Under the pieces are notes generated by a model. That model did no database searches. It had not been told where the DNA came from and worked only from the letters and a program-made list of their open reading frames with translations. The position numbers were made by a program, and so were the translations under genes. From the NCBI RefSeq assembly GCF_000002075.1, contig NW_004797754.1:303530-367529 (forward strand): 64,000 nucleotides of DNA, in the 5' to 3' direction. The DNA comes from Aplysia californica (Eukaryota). This document shows, one piece after another, positions 50,566 through 62,841 of this stretch (within the stretch, counting starts at the first letter, position 1; each line of letters opens with the position of its first letter).

Positions 50566-50930
50566 GGTTTGGTTGCTCTGATATGCTTTGCTCCTTCTTT
50601 CCTATCAAATATTTAGCATCCTCCTTTTAGTTAAGTTTCAGTAAAGGTTTTACGGCGCTCGTAACTGCATAAAGGTCATATGAGCGCCAGAAGATTAGAG
50701 GTGTTACAAGAGAGTAACAAACATAAAAAAGAAAAACGGGAGATAAGGACGATCGATGTTTGATAGGAAAGAAGAAGCCGACCACACCAGAGCACCTGCC
50801 AACCAACGACATCCTCCTTTCTCCTCCTTTGTTTTATATTACTCTCTAGTTACACCACTTATCTTCAGCGCTTACAGTACCTGTTTGTGTTGCGAGTGCT
50901 GTAAATCTCTTACTTTAACTAAAATTAAAT
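50566..50930. mobile_element. SINE A (+) interrupted by a younger SINE A (-, ~50629-50808)
   Basis: CATC(C)TCCTTT duplicated around the inverted copy. Confidence 0.85.
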
Positions 50931-51597
50931 GCTTGCTAGAATAACCCACTGGCCCTGTGTTGTGACTACCAACAGTGGTGTGTTTGTAAAATTGTATTGG
51001 TATGGTATTATATATTATGTTAAATATTTGTCATGTTGTGGTGGTGACAGCTTGTAAATGTCAACCGGGCCTGTCCCATTTGAAAATAAGGCCACTGCTA
51101 ATAAAAGGTTAAAGATGTACTTTTTAATGTTATATTTTTTGTAAAACAGAATATGATGGTGAATAACCAAGAACTTTATTTTCTCGGCAAATTTGAGTAT
51201 ATTCATGCTGAATTTTTCACAGAATGGCTCTTTGAGGAGTTTAATCCGTTTGAGACTCAGTCAAGGCAAAGAAGTTGTGGCATCGGGACAAAATAACAGA
51301 TTTCCCTGGTTTTTAAAAAAATTATTGTTTATTCCAATATCTCAAATGTGGCGATTTTTTTCATTGTTTTCTCTTAGTGTCTATGATGTTACGGTATAGC
51401 TCTTCACCTTGCATGCTGAGGACATGAGGTCGATCCTCTGCATCAAAAACCCTTTCCAGATTATCTTTATCTTTGTATTGGGATGTTTCCCACAAAGCCC
51501 AGGTAGGACCTGACATGCAGAGTGGAAGATCTCAATTGTGTCAATGAGGATGCAGAACAATTAGAACAGCTTACCTCTATTTCATATTTTTGTTTCC

Positions 51598-52035
51598 TAT
51601 GTGTCACGAGGCGGTGGAATCAGGTGCTCATCAATTTTTGTGCATGTGGAGTTACTGGTATCATCTTACAGCTTGTTCATTTATCTTGCTTTTGATGGAA
51701 AAAATACCCATCTATCTTGAGCAGAAATGAAGATATTCGTGATTGAAAGAGGTAAGTTCACTTGGTTTCAGCGGTAAAAACAGCGAGAAAATGGCTGCCA
51801 AAGTTTGGTAACTTCAATAGCTAAAGAGTCTTTGAAAACTGAAAAATTTACATATTTTGAGCTTCTAATCAACGTTTTTCAATATAATTCACATGGAAAT
51901 GTTTTTATTTGGACATAAGAGGGTTGATCAAATAACAATTTGATTAAAATTGCAAATACTGGTGGGAAAATGCCTGTTTCTCCAATTTTGTAATTTTGAC
52001 GAGCGCCTGATTTCACCATGATGCCTCACATTTGT
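51598..52035 (-). mobile_element. MITE family M
   Basis: Both ends match the 62842-63282 copy in reverse. Confidence 0.8.
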
Positions 52036-52122
52036 ATGTGCAGTGTCCAGAGGTGTGCTTGTGGTTCTTAATGATTTTGTTTGATTTGTGCAGCTCCTGA
52101 AAAATCCTATCAAATTCTACAG

Positions 52123-52358
52123 GAATCTGAAATTATGCGCTTGAAATTGCGTTTGTGCAACTGTGACCGGAACTGCAGCAACAGCAACCAAATGGATCGT
52201 AACAGTGAAGATGTTGATGGAGGTCGGCTGAGCCCCCCGGTACAGGACGACATTGGCATGCCTAACCAGGGCAAGATGGTGGCTATAACTGCACAGGGCA
52301 GAAACTCTCAGCTGGACAGTGACCTTGACAGTGAGGATTTTGTGGAACAGTCCAACCG
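52123..52358 (+). CDS. CCDC18: CCDC18 exon ab (0-2), end of coiled coil and start of disordered tail
   Basis: ttctacAG | ESEIMRLKLRLC...VEQSNR | GTatag. Confidence 0.82.
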
Positions 52359-52491
52359 GTATAGTTATTTTGACCTTCCAAGGGTGGATGTTAGAAGTCT
52401 GTGGTATCAAGGTTAAGTGTTTTCACTACAAGTCATAAAGTTCATGAAACATAACGATATCAATCCCAAATTTTCTGTAAGCTCCATGACT

Positions 52492-53300
52492 GGGGCTTTC
52501 GTGGCCTAGAGGTTAAGGTGTTAGCCTCTCATTCAAAGGTCTTGGGTTCGAATCTGGGTAGTGGCGGAAACAATTTTTCTCTAAAATTGTCTCCTTTCAC
52601 CTCTTTTCCTGCTCTCTAGCAATGTTCTGTCCTCTGCTTTCTTCTCCACTTGCAGCCCCCACCCCCTCACCTCCTTTGCCCCCTCCTCTGGGCTCCCCAC
52701 TCTTTATTCAGCCTTACTACTGCTACTCCTTGGCTCCTTCTTACTGCTGTCTTTCAGCCACACACCTGATCTTATGGTAGGAAAGATCTATACCTAGCCT
52801 TCTTGGACAAGGGCGAAAAATCTTGGCGGTCCCATGTACAAATTGCGCATGTTAACTCTTTATCTCCGCAAGCCGCTAGCGGCTCGCTGTTGGAACCATT
52901 GTGCCGGTGTCAGCGGCTCAGGCACATTCCTTTACAACAACTTTGACGTCAAATTACTTTTCAACAGGTCTCTTGTTTTATCGGGATTTCACGCATAAGA
53001 TGAAGAACTATCAAAATAGGTTCACCTGTTTTGATTTAATTACCAATTAGGTGACGATTTTGTCATTTTTAGATTTAGTACCAAAAACGGGCCCGGCGTA
53101 GTGGGTTTGCCCCCCTTGGACATAAAGAGTTAAAGATCCCTTGGTGGTCTAAAATCGATAAGAGTAGGCTTCGACCACCACCCGAGCAAAATTCAAAGTT
53201 TCATTCCAACTGAAAATGTTTATGTGTCCCGTGCGCTCATATGACCTTATGCAATTGCGAGCGCCGTAAAACACTTACCAAAAAAACAAACAAACAAGAA
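52492..53300 (+). mobile_element. tRNA-derived SINE family B (A box TGGCCTAGAGG, B box GGTTCGAATC)
   Basis: tRNA-like head, pyrimidine-rich body, Deu/Nin-like domain, shared tail, A-rich end. Confidence 0.85.
52856..53129. mobile_element. TTAA-targeting (piggyBac-like) MITE inside SINE B
   Basis: TTAA | CTCTTTATCTCC...GGACATAAAGAG | TTAA; absent from the 41925 copy. Confidence 0.85.
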
Positions 53301-54470
53301 GCCTGATGGCTTCGTACAACAGTCCAATCTGGAATAAATATTTTTCAGCTTTCTGCTGACTTACCATAATCTCCGTGTCTGTTTACTCTTTTTGGAGCTT
53401 GAGTGAAATCTTTAAAAAACAATTTTTGTATTAAAAATAAAAAAGCAAATCAAATGACTTAGAGGTAGTGTATTGACTTTTCTTTCAGACATTGTGTGGG
53501 TTTATTTCTTTTTGGCTGTAATGATTGACTTGCCTCCTCTCTTGAGACAACACATGGAAACCAAAGTATAATTACTGACAAAAATCAAGAATCTATTTCA
53601 AGCTGCATTGGTACTGAATCATTCACCCTTGAAGAACAAAGGAAAAAAGTAAAGTTTCTGATTTTCTATGATTCTAGAAGCTTTTCTGGCAATGAATGTG
53701 GAAGCTACCCTTTACCTTAGTCTCATCACAACTGATATGACTTCATTTAAATTTGTTGTTAGATCTCATTCTTTTTTTTTTCAATCTGATGGAGCATCAG
53801 AAGTCTGGTGTTGGTCAGTCATCTCCATTCCCCACGGAATCTTCCTTTTTTTTGGTTTATTGATTATAATCACTCTGTGTTGTTTGCTATTTGTACGGTA
53901 TTTCTGTTTCGTTGGTATTGTATTCGTAGCCTCTTGTTGGGGAAGTAAAGTGGTTGGAGGGCCTGACTGATAGGTGTTTTTTTTCCTTTCCCCTCCGTTG
54001 TTTCAGTTGATACATGTTGTCTTTTCTCAGTACTAAATGACAATGGTCATGTCAATTTGGTTATCTTTACTCAACTAAATTATTACAAAATGACTTTCTG
54101 TTAACTACAGCATCTGAACTAAAATTCAGCAGGGCTTTGCTTCAGGTGAATGAGTTCCCTAATAGTATGTATGCACATCAGTGGTTTTGGTCCAATCATG
54201 GTATCCAAATTCACCTATTTCTTTTTCTAGGTCTACTTCAGATCAAACGTATAAATATGCCAATGAGAAGGAGTCAGTGTAGCTAATCAAAGGTTGATCT
54301 GAATTTTTTGCATGCTGTTTATGGACTGAAACACAATCCTGACTCGCTTTGCCTTCTGAATGAAGTACGCACAGCTTGGGCTGAGCCTAGTGAGTCATGT
54401 CGGAGCAAATTGGAGGTAACCTTAAACACGCAAATGTTCACTGTCCAGCTCACCTTCCAAACCCGCAAGG

Positions 54471-55012
54471 TTGATAATGAAACAAAAGAAATCTGCCCAC
54501 GTAACACCAATTCTGAAAGAACTACACTGGCTGCCAATAAAAGAAAGGATTAAATACAAAACTGCCGTTCTCTGTTTTAAATGTATAAATGATAGTGCAC
54601 CTTTTTATCTTAAAACATTCCTGGAATTATATAATCCACCTAGAGCCCTTAGATCAGCCTCTGACAATCTAATTCTTAAAACTCCAAAACAAAACTACAA
54701 AACATACGGCGAGCGTTCCTTTTTGTTCTTTGGTCCCCAGGTATGGAACGAAATCCCATATAAAATAAGATCTGCCCCAACAATTTCCATTTTCAAAAAT
54801 CAGCTGAAGCATTTTTTATTCACAAAAGCATACCTGTCATAATGATGTACTGTGATATATATGCATGTGTATGCCAGACTGTGAGACTGAAGAAATAGCG
54901 AGTGAGAATGAGAGAGAGAAAAAGAGAGAGATAGAGAGAGAAAAGAGAGAGAAAAGAGAGAGATAGCGAGAGAGGTAGAGAGAGAGATAGAGGGAGAGAT
55001 AGAGGGAGAGGG

Positions 55013-55045
<33 letters not shown>

Positions 55046-55389
55046 GAGAGAGAGATAGAGTGGAAATGTTTTTCTATCTGTATAGAATTAATGTTTTAAT
55101 GAATGTTTCTAGTTACTCACGTTTCAACTGTATTTTGACTTTTCGTGAATTTATATTGCATTGTATATTTTTAGTGAACACATTTTCAACCTCACTGCGA
55201 GACTGTTTTTCTGGTATAAAATTTTACACATATGCATTTATATTATATGTATAATACTTTGTTTTACGTACACATTTGTGTCGATTAATTTTTAAGATGT
55301 GATGTCTTTTTCATTGTAATGCGCATTGAGCATCTTTTAGGAAATGGAAATGCGCAGTATAAATGCTATTTATTATTATTATTATTATT
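54471..55389 (+). mobile_element. L2-clade LINE 3' fragment
   Basis: HVTPILKELHWLPIKERIKYK...RALRS...GERSF...VWNEIP...FKNQLK; 3' stem-loop GCGCATT...AATGCGC and (ATT)n tail; GA microsatellite in the UTR. Confidence 0.92.
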
Positions 55390-55390
55390 G

Positions 55391-55570
55391 ACGGGTGCTC
55401 TGGTGTGGTTTGCTTCTTCTTTCTTATCAAATATCTATCGTCCTTATCTCCCTTCTTAATTTTTGTTCTTGTTTTTGTGTTTGTTACTCTCTTGTAACAC
55501 CTCTTATCTTCAGAACTCATATGATGACCTTATTGTGTTGCAAGTGCCGTAAAACTTTGACTTAACTAAA
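55391..55570 (+). mobile_element. SINE family A directly after the L2 tail
   Basis: Consensus match. Confidence 0.85.
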
Positions 55571-55667
55571 TAAAAAAAACAGCCCCTCCTGGGTCCACCC
55601 TGCCCTACTTTTTGAACAAGTTTGCACGACTTTTCAAATGTCTTGTGTGTTCCCCTGTGGTCCCCAG

Positions 55668-55774
55668 GCTGACACTCAGGCTGATGCAGCCCAAGAGTGG
55701 AGCAGACACTGGAGGCCACGGTGCTAGCAGGTCAGAAGACGACTGGCTTCCCCAGCAGCCGATGAGGGTGCAAG
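55668..55774 (+). CDS. CCDC18: CCDC18 exon ac (2-1)
   Basis: gtccccAG | LTLRLMQPK...PMRVQ | GTggga; the only phase 2-to-1 bridge I found. Confidence 0.72.
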
Positions 55775-55956
55775 GTGGGAGAGTAATGTCGTATGACTTG
55801 GCTGTTACCGGGCCTACGCTTGTTTTTAAAAACAAAAGGGAGAAAAGTTTTTTTCAAATTTTTACAGACTACTTAACCTGTTTCATAATCAATGTGAACA
55901 TTATGCCTGTGTTGCGAATCAGTCCCTTATATTTCAACAATAGTTTTATTGCTTAA

Positions 55957-56800
55957 CTCTTGTCCTGCGTCTGTGCTGAGATGTGAATCTTATCAGCAAC
56001 CGATTACGTCGGATGTTCCGGGCAGGCCGCCGGGGTCACTCAGTGTGTACTGTTGGTGTACAGCGCGTGCGCCTGGAAACGTGTGTTTTCGCCATGAACA
56101 CCGCGAGAGTGTTAATTGATGATGAAAATAACGCTCTATCTTTCATAGCTTTCTATTTATAAAGTGTTACAAACACAAGAATAACCCTCTCTCATAAGCT
56201 GATAAGACATTACGAGTAGTTACGCCGATTCGAATAACCTTTCTCGATGCTCCTGCTGTTATGAATGACCTGAGGTCCGAAAGGGGATAATATAGGTCAA
56301 TTTCCAAATGTTTGCACTCAAATTGTGCTTTGTACCTGCCCAGTGGTGTTCAAAATTATCAAACAAGCTTATTTTTTTATCAGGTAGTATCATTTCATAC
56401 AAATTCAAGCTCAAGATTTTGTATAGAAAAATGGAAGTCTTGTTTCCTGACTATCCTTTCGAGATCCTCATGTCTAAGTGGGTCAATTTGTTCTATAATT
56501 TCATTGGATGAACGTCTAGAGCTACCAACTTGGCGTGTTTTGAATGAGATGTACGCCTAGGTTACGAACCAATGCAGGCGGTTCTAGAAGAAAGCCACAA
56601 ATGCACACAAACTCAAGCAGACCGACACACACACTTGAGCTGCATGAATGCGGATCCAACGATGGACCCCAATTGAACGGGAGATGATGCTCTGCGTGCG
56701 TGCGCTGAGCTAGGGGCCAGACTGACACCGGACCAGAACACAGGGGAGGTGCCGAAATAGGCTTATCGGGCGATATAAACCTGGCCCCGCACGACAAGGG
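55957..56800. mobile_element. piggyBac-like non-autonomous element
   Basis: TTAA | CTCTTGTCCTGCG...CGCACGACAAGGG | TTAA. Confidence 0.75.
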
Positions 56801-57293
56801 TTAAAATAAACCTACAGACTTGCATGCATAAATATTGTGAACACACATGTTGTGAAACGTGTGCATTGCAAACAGATTTTCAGATCCCGAATTGTTCTTA
56901 TACATGTAAATATTCTTTGCTTTTGAAATACATGCATAGTGAAATTTGTATGTAATGAAAAGATTTCATCGTCCCGCTGATTTTGTTATGCATGTGCTGG
57001 ACCGTATGTTTTTAGATAAAGAATAATTCAAGCTCTTGATGAGATTTGACTTCCATCGGGGTTTGAATCCTTTTTATTATAATTAGATTGCTACAAGAGT
57101 ATTCTAGGCTCTGCTCTGAACCCTGTTTATTGGAAAAAGGGGTCCAATGTTTTATGATGTAAACTGTGTTGAAAATGGAACCAAAAAAGGGGGAGGGGTG
57201 GGGGATGTTAAAAACTCAAAATTATCCGAACAAGCCAGCCCTTCGCAACTTTGCTACTGTAAATGAATAAACGTACTTGGATGTCGGTTTCAG

Positions 57294-57360
57294 GTGAAGA
57301 CCAGCTTGAGGATCAAAGTAGTGAGGACCACAACTCCTCAAGTGCCAGAAACAGCTTAGG
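57294..57360 (+). CDS. CCDC18: CCDC18 exon ad (1-2)
   Basis: gtttcAG | EDQLEDQ...ARNSLG | GTaagc. Confidence 0.8.
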
Positions 57361-57787
57361 GTAAGCACTGTTTATTGCGCTCCGAGAGAGAGAAAGAGAG
57401 AGATGGCTTTTGGTGGTCTGGAATACCAAGGAAATATTTTAAATTTACCCCTTGAAAGATTTTATTCTCCATTTTTTATCCCAACAAAATTTTTGATTTT
57501 ATAAAGGCCATTGGTCTTTACTCGAAGATGTAAATGGTGTTATTTTTACATGTAAACTGCTATTTTTGATATTTCAACCATTTTCACTCACAAAGTAAAG
57601 CCAAGCTATGCTATAGACTAATGTTAAAATAACCACTTGTGTCCTGTATGCTCGTATAGCCCGATGCAGTTGCAAGCGCCGTACAACTTTTACCCAACAT
57701 TAGAAGTGATTAATTCACATTCTGTAAACCTGTTACCATTTTTTATTTCTTTACTGGTAGAACGCCTTCTGTATTTTCATTTTACAG

Positions 57788-57908
57788 GGTCTCAGAAGTT
57801 CAAGAGAGATTACGGTCAAACCAACGCTTGCAGATGGAAATAGAGAAACAGCTGAAATCACTTGGAGAAAATATAACTGATGATTTACATCAAACAGATC
57901 AGTATTAA
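57788..57908 (+). CDS. CCDC18: CCDC18 terminal coding exon (phase 2 to TAA)
   Basis: ttttacAG | VSEVQERLRSNQRLQMEIEKQLKSL...TDQY TAA; AATAAA downstream near 58048 and 58575. Confidence 0.82.
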
Positions 57909-59708
57909 AATATTATGTCCGCAGGTCTTTTCAGAAATGTTTATTTTATATATGTGCGTATATATCTGTATATATACGAATATACATCTAACATCTGATT
58001 TCCTGAATGTTAACAATCTCGCAGGCGCCCTCTTTTATTTAAATATTAATAAAAGGAGACGTAAAACTGAAAATTTGTGGTACATATATTTTTTGTTACT
58101 GTTTTGGGAGATCAGTTGAATTTGTTTTGTTCTTCTCACTGCCTGTACTTTCATTTTTAGTATCTTGACTTGCCAAGTTTGCTGCAGGCTGTGTGCATTC
58201 TTCTTTTCAAACTACAGCGGTCTCTGAATGGGATATCGGACAAGAAAAATCTAGTTTTTTAAATAGAAAAGATTTTTCTTTATATTCATCTCTAGTTGAT
58301 TTTGATTGTATGTACCTATGACGCATAGATTAGATTTGTATGAAGTTTTCTTTGCTAGTGTACTAAGTAGCAATTTTGGGGGAAGGGTTTAAGTAAAGGT
58401 TTGACAGATTAGTTGTAGCCAATGAGATTTACTCTCAACTCATGTCATCACTGTATATCTGTGACAATCTGTATGTTTAATAGAGGTTTAATGCTAGCTT
58501 GTCATAAATAGTAAAATATGAGAGAGAGATCATTTTAGGAAGCCATGAAGTTTGCAGTGAGATTTCTTGTAACCAATAAAGACATATACAGTAGTCTCCG
58601 CCTAAACGCATGTCATACAAAAGCACGCTCCACTCAAACTCAGGCTTTTGTCACATGACGGGTTTTTTACTATATTATTTAGACGAACAAACGCATGGCC
58701 ACTTCTTCTTAACGCATGCTTCAATCCGTGAAACGCACTGACAGGCGAAGCTTGGTGAAGGGAAATTTTCGTTGCAATCTACACAGCTTGAATAAGACAA
58801 CCCTGGCAACCGGATACCGGTATTTGACAAGCCTGGCCCTCATGCAGAGCAAAGAGAGTGATGGACAGAGTTTTCACGGACACATTGGTCGGATGGTATA
58901 TTGGGGAGGGGAGGCTGAAATGTCTTCTGATTGGTCTCTCAAAATGTATTCTGATTGTTCCCTCAAAATGCGTCTTTGAGAAAAGGTTTCTGACTAAGTG
59001 TTTGATTGACTGCTTATGTAGTATTTAGTTAGGCCTATAATGCGCAAGACACTTGAATGCTGTAAAAGACAAGATAGGCCTCTTGTTAAAGATTAGTAAA
59101 GTAATCAGCTGTGCTTGATGAATGAATCGCAAGCGGAAAATCTGATGTCATCCATGCCTTTACCGAGTTGCAATAGATGACAGGCAGTTGGGATTGGTCG
59201 CTTTGAAAGCAGCGTGGCTGAGTAGAGCTTTTCCCTGGGACCACTTCTGTCATGAACGGTATCCTCTTATCTGTTCCCGACATTTTATAGTGCATTTATC
59301 AACAGTGAGTCCGTCTTTCTGCGCCCCCCCTCCTTCCCCAACCCATTCAACGGCTTTGTATTCATAATTCATAACCGCAGTTAGGGAATTCTACATAAAA
59401 CAGTCACGTGTCATCACATTATCCACATTATCGACCCTCCAAGGGAGGTCACTAAAATATCAAGGAAATCAGATGATTGTGTCCCTTTCTCCCTTTGCAC
59501 TGGTTCTTATAAAGGCATGCTCTGTATAAACCCATGCTTAGAGACCTTCCCAAACACCTGATGTTTAGGCAGAGACTACTGTACCAGTTTGAAAGCAGCA
59601 CGAAATATGGTTTTAACAAGTACCAGAAGGATCTCATTCTCTCTATCTCTGTGGTTCTATATCTCCTTCTCTCTCTCCCTGTGGTTCTATATCTCCTTCT
59701 CTCTCTCC

Positions 59709-59740
<32 letters not shown>

Positions 59741-62472
59741 AATTCTTAGACCTTAGTAATAGTAATATCAGCCGGGACTCCTGAAGATTGTGACTGTTAA
59801 GTCACTTAATGTGTCCCTTTTGGGCTGTTCGCCTTTGTATTTCAATTTATTTATATTGTTCGTTCTGGCGATCAAACTTTGTGGCAAAATTTGCCTCTTC
59901 AGTGTTTTGTCGTCATTTTTTTTTGGTTCCATTTCATGTTACTTTTGAAACTTTTCACTCCCGAACCAGTCAATAGTCAATTGAACGCTGATAGAATTGT
60001 TTCAAAAGTCAAAATTTTTATATTTTGTTTGATCTACTCAAACAGTGAAGTCAGAATTAGATTTTGTTTCCATTTGTGGACGATGCATGAAAGGCGAGTC
60101 TTGTCATGCACCCGGTAATGCTCACTGTAGAAGAAGACACTTCATTGTTTGTTTAAAGTTGGAAATTTCTCTCGTGTTGTAATTTGAATTTTCACTGTGA
60201 CTTTGATTTTTAATGTTAATTCATTCAATAGCATGATTTTTAACTTTTAAACCCACATAGAGTACACATTCTATCTATGCTTTATTGATCTTTGTGCCTC
60301 CTATGCTATGGAAAGGTGTTCAGTTATCAGCTAGATAAAAGTCTCCTTATTATAGATGAACAATTTAGTTTACTGTTAAGACTGACCACAATAATACTAA
60401 AACTTGTATTCAGTTTTCTGTGTACCGGTAGTGGAGAAAACCAGTGCTTCAATATCAGTTTTGATTTTATGTCCCTGTTGTTAGCTGCATAACGACTGGA
60501 AAAAAATGGTAAATTATATTCGTTTTAATTTATTAATACTACAGTGACAATTCGTGTACAGTGGATGAAAACAAAGGATAACTTTCTGGATCTATGATAA
60601 TTTCCTGGCACCTGAAGAAAAAAAAAGCTGTTGTTCCCACTGCACTTGAGACAACAAAAGGTGAATTGAATATATTTTGTGAAATATTTACAAAGTGGAA
60701 ATTTTTAAAGGTGTATAATGTATGAAAGCCCAAGTAGATATAGTTGGAACCTGAATTGACATCACTTTTTCGTCATCTTCGAATGTTGCTTTGCAGTTTG
60801 CAGCGCCTCATTCAAGCTTTTAAAAAGTCATATTTTGGGGAGGAGGATTTCTTGATTCTTTGGAGTGATGAAAATATGTTGAGGGTTGGTGATAGATCAT
60901 TTTACTTTGTACAAATTCATCTGATATGACCCAGAGGCTTTGAACTATTGTAGGGAAAGCATCGTCTGGCAAGTTTATTGTACTGATAAGTATTTTGTTC
61001 TAATGATTGTATTGTGCTAACTTACTTGTAATGTACAGAATCTGCTAGGACTTATTGTCTCCGACCAGCATCTTGCACCATAAAGATATGAGTCCAGTTT
61101 CCACTGGAGAAAATATTTTTTTCTAATGTTTTCATCATTCTGCTTGAGATATAATACCTTCCTACAAAGCTTGGGTTGGTCTGTGACATTGTATTAAGTC
61201 TGTCCATGTAAACCATTCTCAGTCATTCTTCTTAATTGCAGTCTTGAAATATTGGTCTTTTGCCCTTTTATTAATGGTATGAGTGATCTAGATTCTTCTT
61301 AATTTTATTCCGCCAAGGCAGTTCTACCCTGAAACTAATAAATAGAAAACGAGTTGTTTCGTATGTTTTACTACAAACAGTGAAATAATCAATCATAGTC
61401 AAGTGCCTAGTGTGGTGAGCAGTAATGTGGAACAGTCTGAAAAGCAGGAAGCTATAAATACTCTTTTGAAAGGCAAATTTGAATACTGAAATTGAATTTT
61501 AATCATTTAGTTTCTGAGGATTTGTCTTGATGCTTGCCCCGAAATCTTGGAGAGATGAGATAATCCATGTTTTTAAAAAATTCATTTAAATTTAAGAAAT
61601 AATATATTCTTTACAAAATAATCGGGGAAAAATGCAACTAGATTTACTTTTATTAGAAAAAGAATACTGCTTCCAACTTGCCAGATTCCACTGCGGTACA
61701 GAGAGGGTAAGTTATTTGTTTCTCTCACTGTAGTTGCAACTATGGGTTTTCATTCATGACCAGTACCCATCTCTCTAGTGACTTAAGAATATGACATTAC
61801 AGTAGACAGAGAAATGAACTTTCATCGTCTTTGTTTGGTTGAGATCGCTTCACATGCTAAATTGTTATGTATTTTCAAAGTTTCCATGGATTTGTCTTAG
61901 TTTCAATTCCATGTGACCCTCCATTTTGTCGCTATTTACTTTAAAAATTAACACATGCACTTTTTTCTGGGTCAATTTTGACCATTAAAAAACTCAAAGA
62001 AAGAAGAATAACTTTACTTTTACTGTATAGCCTCGTTTTCAGTCAATCCTAATTTGGATATTCTTCCAAGACCTCATAAAAATGCATACTACTATGGCAG
62101 TGTCAAGTATTCAGCGAATAAATAGCCACACAACGCCGTTCTTGGTGCTAATCGATAGACTCGGCGCAACACCACTCTATTTGTTATGTTAATAAATGGT
62201 TATACGACAGTTTCAATTCTGGTGGTGTGGTGTTGAATTTCGCTCAACTATGATAGTAATAATGAATAAAAAGAAGGAGAAAAAGAAGAGGAATGACATG
62301 ATCTGATGAAGACATGAGCACAGTCTTTTTTTTTTTTCAGAAATAAAAGTGCAAAAAAGATACAGATCTGTGCCAAAATATCTTTTTGGCAATTTTGCTG
62401 CTTCACTCTTTGTAAATGAAGCCTCATTTCCATTAACTGCACTATATGAATATGACTATAAAATATACAGTA

Positions 62473-62628
62473 CAGTATAACAGGGATAGGTCAAACGCAG
62501 CAGACTCAAAATCACGCATCCCTGGAACTGTGCCTGCAGTCCCCTTTTTTAATTTCTTTATCTTTGTAAGATATCCCTCAAACTCCTGAGGTCGACCCTG
62601 ACGAATTGGAACTATCCGTGTTATACTG
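62473..62628. mobile_element. Small Tc1/mariner-pogo-type MITE
   Basis: TA | CAGTATAACAGGGATAG...CTATCCGTGTTATACTG | TA. Confidence 0.75.
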
Positions 62629-62841
62629 TATGTATAATTTGTATATTTACCAGTACATATTATTGAGTTGTAAGTCGTTTACTAATATATTTGTGGTGCT
62701 ACCACTGGAAAGATTCCGTCCTGTATCAATGATATTCACACAGTTTATTTAACTGTGATGTGCCAGGCCTTACTTACTACTCCTAATATGCCAACGATCT
62801 GGCTATACATGTGTTAGAATTTGTGTTGGCTTGGTTAATAA

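Larger units (their letters stand above)
3541..57908 (+). other. CCDC18: Gene span: CCDC18-like long coiled-coil protein, 31 coding exons traced, 5' end incomplete
   Basis: All exons have AG/GT boundaries and compatible phases, summing to 4312 nt (1 nt + 1437 codons incl. stop). Segments LLLQNQRLL...IPDLEDKIEELLSESQAQDKALRAAEKHL...ESQRDEA...GCEGSSMIGELR...GEIQRL match recalled vertebrate CCDC18 (LVTQNHSL...[29 protein letters not shown]...ERQRNEA...GCCEANKLVISELR...AEIQKL). Confidence 0.85.

Noticed and set aside
52492-52565. tRNA gene
   Set aside because: Runs straight into a SINE body, the acceptor stem does not pair well, and there is no terminator; it is a SINE head.
53489-53648. Extra CCDC18 exon
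   Set aside because: The phase-compatible frame has an in-frame TGA at about 53526, and the gene closes without it.
54111-54145. Small exon SELKFSRALLQ
   Set aside because: Phase 1-0 does not fit the neighbouring exons as modelled.
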